Below are positions 57,501 through 64,000 of a DNA stretch of 64,000 nt, piece after piece. How positions within the stretch are numbered: the stretch's first letter is position 1; each line of letters starts with the position of its first letter. The notes under the pieces are model-generated. The model was given only the letters and a program-made list of their open reading frames with translations. It was not told where the DNA came from and did not search any database. The DNA lies in NCBI GenBank assembly GCA_004431415.1, contig QPMI01000638.1:1-64000 (forward strand), given 5' to 3'. The position numbers and the translations under genes are program-made. This DNA comes from Cyanophora paradoxa CCMP329. Its lineage: Eukaryota; Plantae; Glaucophyta.

Positions 57501-60500
57501 CCGGATAAAGTATTTAGTTGCAAGGAGGCGGATTCTTCATGGAATATATGGCGGGCACCAAAGTGCACAAAGCACATCGCAGTCTTGTTAGGTGATGCGG
57601 TGTCGATGCACGACACATCGTCGAGTGTAGGTGTGATAGGAACTTTCTCGCTGTCTCCAGACTGGCTGAGGAGCCGGCGGTCATGTGCAGAAACCAGCTC
57701 CATGAGCCTTCTCCGTGATCCAGAAGCGCCGGCTTTCCAGAGAGGCGCAGCATTTGCGTATGGGTCCGTGGCAGTGCATGTTAGGACCTGCGTCGCGTAC
57801 CGATCCCATCATCAGCCATTGGAGCAGTGCGCCAAAGATTTGGACACACGGTCGTGAGAACGACAGGGACGGTGCGATCGCCACCCTTGACTACAACGCT
57901 CAGAGGCGCATCCAGGGCGGCAAGCGTGATGGTGTCCGAGCTTGAAATGGACGGATCCGATGTCTGGAAAACCAAAAACGTAACAGCATATGTGGTTCGG
58001 GATTTGAGGGCGTTCGGAGGAATTGTCAGCGTTCTCGTTGAGGAACCTGCATACAGAGGGACCTCGATGGCCTGACCGGGAGGATCTATGGGCAGAATCG
58101 ACCACTGCCCCAATCCCCATAAGAAAGAGCGCGACCAGGATGTCAAACTCGCGTACCTGGAAGCTTAACTCCGGTGCGAGTCCTGGAAAAACGCCATAGC
58201 AGTACACGGGCGCAAGCGTCGTCTGCAGAACAAGAGCCGTTCTGGCCAGGAAAGATTGCGTCCTCGAACCGACGATACTCGCCTGCAAATTATGCGGCAA
58301 GTTCAAAAAACCGACAGCAGCGCCGCAAAGCGTCGATGCGCGTGCGCACCGCTGGAATAGGGAGAGGCAAAATTGTTGAGGTGGCGTAGGCTGTCGAGGT
58401 GGATCCGAATGTGTTCGCAGCAGTCACAATCCATGTGAACGTTGAGCCTGTGGATGAGAGGGGTTATGTAGAGGCGATCAGGGACTCCAAAGCTACATAC
58501 CGGCCAGCAAAAATTGGGAAGGGACCAACACGATCGATCGGGATTGCGAACGAAGAAATTGCTGGAGCCGTTCCACGATAGACGCATTGGTCGAGGCTGA
58601 TTCTGGAAATACGACGCGTTGAGAATTAAGGCGCGACTACTTGCATAATTGCGATCGCTGATCTCTTTGAGCGCGAGCAATAACAGGCTTACCTAGCCTC
58701 CACGTAAATGAGACGTGACGGCCTGCTGTTCCTGATGTCGCTGATGCATCAAGGGTTAGATCCGAGCACGGGGCTATTGTCGACGGAGCGAGCAGCGATG
58801 TTTTTGTTGTCTCATCACAGCTCGTTCCGGCCTGCCGCTGAACACGGACTGTGGCGCCAGGGTTCCAGGCTGCCCCTAGTCCCGTCACAGATGTCCTTCA
58901 AGTATAGACATGCATCAGAATCGGAGAAGACGCGCGCGATGCAGAGCATGTGGAATAACTTACGGCGTGCAGGAGTCAAAGAAATGGGGACGCAGAGGCG
59001 TCCAGGATGCAAGAGTCGGGGAGCCACAAACGACTGACGCGGTTGCGATTGCATTGGGGACAAGCGAGATGTTCTTGCCCTGGATTTTAAAGGATTGGTG
59101 TGGCATGCGGAAATCGAATCGGTGGGGTCAACTGACCTCGCGTAAACTCGATTCCTTGCCCAGCGAAACGGTTATCACGTTGGGTCCGGTGATTGCACAC
59201 ACTGCGTCCTCTCCAATAGCCGCAGACGTGGCCCCGTCGAACAATGTGCAGTTTGAGCCATATGTATCCGCTAGCGGGACCGCGGACGCGATGAAAGATG
59301 GTACGAACGAAACGAGACGCGAGCCCCGCGGTAGCGCCACGTTCTAAAAAAAAGTAAGACGCAGCGAAGCGTGCAAGAAGAGTCTGCCTCGCCTGATCGA
59401 AGACAATTTGCAGGCGTGTGCAATCCAACATGGTTGCTGCTGTCGGAACTGGCCCCGCGGGCTGATATTCAAAGTTCGCGATCGTCACTGCGTTTCACGT
59501 GCTAGTTAGTGCCCGGTTCAATGGGCAAGCGAAGAAAAGCAGAACTGCAATTCGTTCAAACCTTCGTACGATGTCGACGTGCGTGGCTCGGCGGCCGGGT
59601 AGCGCCAAAGATTCATTCGCACGCGCTGTTTCGCAGGGGTTGGGATGAACTGCCACACGACCAGGTCAGAAACATGCATACGGGCCAGGGAGGCGGAAAT
59701 CGGAGAGCGTGAAGTGAAAGCTCACCGGGGCGACGAGAGACCCCTCAAACATCGGCTCCGGCTTCACTTCTGTGCTCAGAAGATTTGAAGTACAATGCCT
59801 GCGCGTGGAGGGAATCATGAACAACGCTGCGCCAGACTCGCTCACTGCTAAAACAGACCAGCCCTTATATACACGGAAAAGCGCAGTGCCGGCAGTCCAG
59901 ACAACTGCGAAGGATTGAATGCGTGTGACGAGTGCATTGCTAATTTGAAGCCGCGCACCCTTGACCGTGAGACGCACCGCTGGATCGCCAGTTGCGTTCA
60001 TTACTACACGTAGCTTGGCTGGGCGATAGTTACGAATCTGCGCGAAAGTCAGTACGGAAAAGCGCGCTAGTTGAAAATGGTACAGTACCGGGTCATAGGC
60101 GGCTCCAAACTGCAAACGAGTCGGGTCACTGCCATTTCCAAACTGACTGAACTCCACAGCCATCTCGCGATTCGGCCACAACGGAGATCCCGTCTGCAAA
60201 ACCTTTAGGAATGATGCTCGACTGCTTTTGAGAGCAATGCAGTCACTCTGTCTGCGCACCCGCTCCTCTTCCTGCATGCAGCAAAGTGAGCAAACGAAAA
60301 ACCGCGAATCACAAAGATACGACAACACACCCAGAAGAAGAGACCCAGTACGACGTTGGGGTCATTAAAGGGCAGGGGTCCCTCGAGCCACCACAGGTAT
60401 GTGCCGTAGCTTAGCACCTGTGCCCTGCTCAGCTAGAGAGAGACTCAATATCGCTCAAAAGCGAGCACATCCTGGAGCACGACCTCCCTGCGGGAAAGCA

Positions 60501-62288
60501 ACGCAGGAAAATCAGCTGTCCGGCACAAGCCTGTTTAAGCTGTTAAAGACCACTATCACGTACGTTGAGAACCACCGCCCGTCTCTTCGGCGACGAAGGG
60601 AGAGATGAAGAGCGCCAGTTCCGTCGACGTAAAGGTCTTCTGCGCTGTTGCTCCAATCTGCAGAGGATGGTATTGAGACGGCGCGGAACGCCAAGGATGG
60701 AGAGAAAAAGACTACGGGTAGAGATGTGCAGGATGGGGAGCGAGGCGAGCGGGAGGGGGTAATAGGAGTGGGGAGGGGGGAGCAGTGAGAGAGATAGGAC
60801 GGCAGAGGGGGTTGGGCTTCCCCCCCTCTCCCAGGGGGGTGGGGAGGGGGTGACTGGGGGAGGAAAGGGGGTGGGAGGGGTGGGGGGTGGGGGGGGGGTT
60901 GGGGGGGGGGGGGGGAGAGGAGGAGGCGGGGAGGGGGGGGGGTGTCGGGTGGTGAAGGGGGAAAAAGGGGGAGAGGCGAGAAAGAGGGATTGGGGGGGGG
61001 GGGGGATAGGGGGTGAGAAGGGCGGGGGAGAAGGGGGGGGGGGGGGGGTGTCGGGTGGTGAAGGGGGAAAAAGGGGGAGAGGCGAGAAAGAGGGATTGGG
61101 GGGGATAGGGGTGAGAAGGGGCGGGGAGAAGGGGGGGGGGGGTGGGGGCGGGGGGCGGGGAGGGGGGGGCATAACGAAGGGTAACGCGAGACTGAACGAC
61201 GAGAGCGGGGGGCGGGGACGGGAACGGGGAAAAGGAAGGTGGGCAGGGGTAGCTGGCGGGAGCGGGGGCTTACAGTTCCCTGGAAAACAATGTGAAATGT
61301 CAGCACAGGGCAGCCGGGTAATGCCAAGTGAGGACGGCAAAAGGTATTCACCGCCTGGGTCAAGGACGGAATTTAACGCAACCTTCTTCGCCCAGACTCG
61401 CCCCGCCCATTGCAACTGGTCGCTGCCTCGCGCCACTAGTGCGCGGGCTAGCGCCAATGCCGGAAGGCCTTCGTGCGAATACCTGACCGAGGAGTGAGCT
61501 GCATTCCAACGAAGACGTTAGCGAGCGCACCGAGAGTTCAGCGACAGGGGGATCTGCGCGCTTCGCGGCACCAGCACCAGATCCAGGAGCGTTGCGCGTG
61601 GGTCGCCCGAAGCATCGATCTCCCATTCGCCCCCATCGCGCACTGGCACGGTGGGCTGGGCTTCCGACGGGCGGTTCAGCCAGCCTCCCGAGTATGTCGA
61701 GTACGTCTCCCGCGCGGCCGAGTTTAGCGTGTAGAAGTAAGCGGCGACCGACAAGTTGCTCCGGTCTATGCCCGGAGGCACGCTCACAGAGCCAGCTAAC
61801 CGGCCAGTCTCGTTTGTTGAGAGTGTGAGCCCGAAGTCAGGCACCGTGGAAACTGCGAGGTGTGTCAGGGCTGAGGGCGCGCGACAGCAGCCGCAGCGTC
61901 ATGAAAAGGCTAAAGGCACGCGGCGGCAGATGCGGCCGCGTGAAGAGCACAGGCGCGCGCGAGGCGGCAGCTGCAGCTGCAGCCGCATTCCACGCGCACC
62001 GAAAAGAGTCGGGCACGGGATAGAGGACTGGCTGAGGTTGGCGGTGGTTGCGGCCGCTGCCATGTCGACAAAGATGAAGTTCTCTTCCCCGGCGGCCTCG
62101 GCGATTCGCCGTTCCTCGTCCGGGGAAAGGAGTTTCCTCGAGCGCAAGGCATGCACGGCGGAGGCAGACACGACAACAATGAGCAGAACGATATATTGTT
62201 GATATTGCGGCCTCCGCTTCCGCCGACTGTGAAATGCTGCGCCGCTCTTCCTTAGACGAAACTGCGCCGACTTTCGCCTATCGGCCAT
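31466..62288 (-). CDS. Giant multi-exon cell-surface protein (order of 9,000 aa): hydrophobic N-terminus, GH16-like domain, REJ region, many FN3-like repeats, Pro/Ser/Thr linkers, GAIN/GPS, single TM helix
   Basis: Collinear minus-strand ORFs separated by short introns. FN3-like D.GL.PG..Y.Y repeats; REJ-like LTLDASATSG and YVRDAFN; GPS CKWWD...WSAEGC...CLCSHL; TM LVAVVVGAVVGGMVVIVAAVAAVAVYRYRR. Exon borders are not fully resolved, and it could be two genes. Confidence 0.75.
39346..50720. repeat. Near-identical kb-scale internal duplications of FN3 blocks
   Basis: Repeated blocks at offsets 6391, 3009, 2424 and 1974 bp, visible in the sequence and in duplicated shadow ORFs. Confidence 0.92.
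60760..61265 (+). repeat. G/purine-rich low-complexity intronic tract with an internal ~100-bp duplication
   Basis: Long G runs; GTGTCGGGTGGTGAAGGGGGAAAAAGGGGGAGAGGCGAGAAAGAGGGATT occurs twice. Confidence 0.75.
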
Positions 62289-62884
62289 CTCGCCTATTGC
62301 CTCAGTACTAACTGGATCTTGTCTTGTCGATCTAGTGCTCGGTAGTGCTCGGCCGCTCATCCTTAGACGACTAGTGCTCGGTCTAGACGACCAGCCGCTT
62401 TTGTGCCGAGCCTTGGTGCATTGCCACGCCGATCGCCCTAGCCCTAATAGCCTTTTCGCCGACTTGAGAACTAGCGAATTCGCGCCGAGTACTCGTTGTT
62501 TTGGCTGCGGTCCATTCGGCCGGCACGCACTTCAAATAGCGGGTCAGCGCCTCCGGAACCGCAGCAATGCCGCGATCTAGCTAGTCCGCCGGCGCGATGC
62601 GTCTTTCAACGGCGTACCCTGGCCAGAGGTACTTGCCTCCTAGGTACTTGCCAAGATTTAACTATGATGATAGTTTTAGGGCTCCATACTTGCAATTGCA
62701 CAAATGATCATGAAGGTTTATCGTATGCATACGATGCATATGGCCAGATGTACATGTTGGCCACATCGAAGGCCAGTCCCAATCCAAAATCGGAATCATC
62801 ACGAAAAGGCAGTGCAGCATTCATAATTTCTGGCAGACTGGATCTGAACTGTTAATGCATGTGCAAACCGCACTGCAGTGATTG

Positions 62885-64000
62885 CTACGACAGCTCTCGC
62901 CTATCAAAGACACCCTCGTCTACGAACTGTACCATCACGAGGTTCCCACCGAACTGATGATGAATTAAGAAAAAAAGCAGGCGAACAGGGAAATGATTCA
63001 CACACCTTCCGGCCTGCCAGTGCTCCCGTTGCCTTCTGTGCATCCTCGACCGTCGCGTACTTGACGTAAATCTATGTGCGTATGAAGAAAAGTGAGGCTG
63101 ATAATGCAAGGAGAAATCGATTGCACCTTGCCACATCCTGGTTGGCCTGGCCTCGGAATAACAACCTCAAGGAGGGACCCGTGCTTCGAGCACTCCGTTT
63201 GGATGTCTTCCATGAGCTGCAGAAAGATTGGCATTTTACAAGAGAAGTGCACACGGCAGGGCTCACGTCCAGGTAGTCCTGCTCATCCAACAGCTCCTCC
63301 GGTTTGACCATATTCGCCAGAGAGATGACCTTGCTTGTGGGACCCGTCGATGCTGGAGGCGTCGCGGCTGCCAAGCCAGGTCCGCCAGGTGTGGGAAGAA
63401 TGGGTACGTTGGCGGCCGGTGCGTTAGCGCCACCCATGAGCGCAAGCACTTGAGCGGCGCCAGGAATGCCTGGCTGCGAGTCACCAGGCAAAAGCACATG
63501 GTAAGGCCAGGGGGCAAACCAGCTGCAGCCATTGCTTGAGCAGAGGGAACGCCGCCGTTCGCGATGACATCATGCACCCCCGGAATGAAATCTGAGCGGC
63601 GTTCAGGGATCGCTTTTAATGGAAGGAGGGATGTGCACCTTTCGGGCGCCCCACACGTATTTGCCTTGCGTGCAGGGTGGCTCCGTCCTGAGGGGGCAGA
63701 GTGAGGCTGAAAGCCGCTCGGGCCCGAGAGTCGGGCGATAAGCACCAGGAGTAGGCAGTTCTGCGCATCAGGAGGGGTGCGGAGCTCGACAAAGCCGAAC
63801 TTGCCCTCGGTGGAGAGCCAGACCGAAGCAACGGGGGGCACGGTCGCGAGGCCAGCGGCAATCATTGCTTGGTTGAAGAACTCAGTGAGCGATGCCTGTG
63901 AAGTATTAGCAAAAAGGAAGAGGGAGGGGCAACTCGATACAGCACACCTCCGTCAGGCCGACGCCCGTGGGGAGGTTTCCTGAGGAAGAGGGGGTAACCC
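62885..64000 (-). CDS. U2AF2: U2AF large subunit (U2AF65)-like splicing factor, 3' part, multi-exon
   Basis: RRM1-like EFFNQAM...KFGFVELRT...DG..L..RQIRVGRPK; UHM-like SKVISLANMV.PEEL.D...EDIQTECSKHG....VVIPRP....GCGK. Confidence 0.8.

Noticed and set aside
60512-61497. Pro-rich and Gly-rich ORFs over the G tract
   Set aside because: Translation of a low-complexity tract that interrupts the GH16-like coding sequence; likely intronic and error-prone.
28439-64000. Naming the host species (style is reminiscent of a glaucophyte such as Cyanophora)
   Set aside because: Compositional impression only; it cannot be supported without a search.

Overview
Positions 444-28432 are a complete, AT-rich (~28 kb) endogenous Polinton-like/virophage-like DNA virus integrated in a GC-rich, intron-containing eukaryotic (protist/algal-type) genome. 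It has ~1.37-kb terminal inverted repeats and a perfect 6-bp target-site duplication (ACCGTC). It encodes a Polinton-type PolB, rve integrase, D5/SF3 helicase, A32-like packaging ATPase, a major capsid protein and two penton-like proteins. Its accessory arm is unusual: an AdoMet decarboxylase, four paralogous fibre-like genes with different heads, a long His-repeat fibre, and a patatin-discoidin fusion. The most striking signal is at the termini. The last 95 nt of each 3' end can fold into a fully paired hairpin with a 28-bp stem, three tandem sheared G.A pairs and a GCGAAGC cap, and this fold is favourable only on the 3'-terminal strand, reminiscent of Streptomyces telomeres and parvovirus ends. 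Non-structural genes carry giant-virus-type early promoters (AAAAWTGAC), suggesting helper dependence. Many viral ORFs are broken by single-base indels, probably at least partly sequencing error. The host part holds one giant (~31 kb) minus-strand surface-protein gene (GH16-like, REJ, many FN3-like repeats, GAIN/GPS, TM) and the 3' part of a U2AF65-like gene. All family assignments come from motif recognition by eye; no database searches were run.
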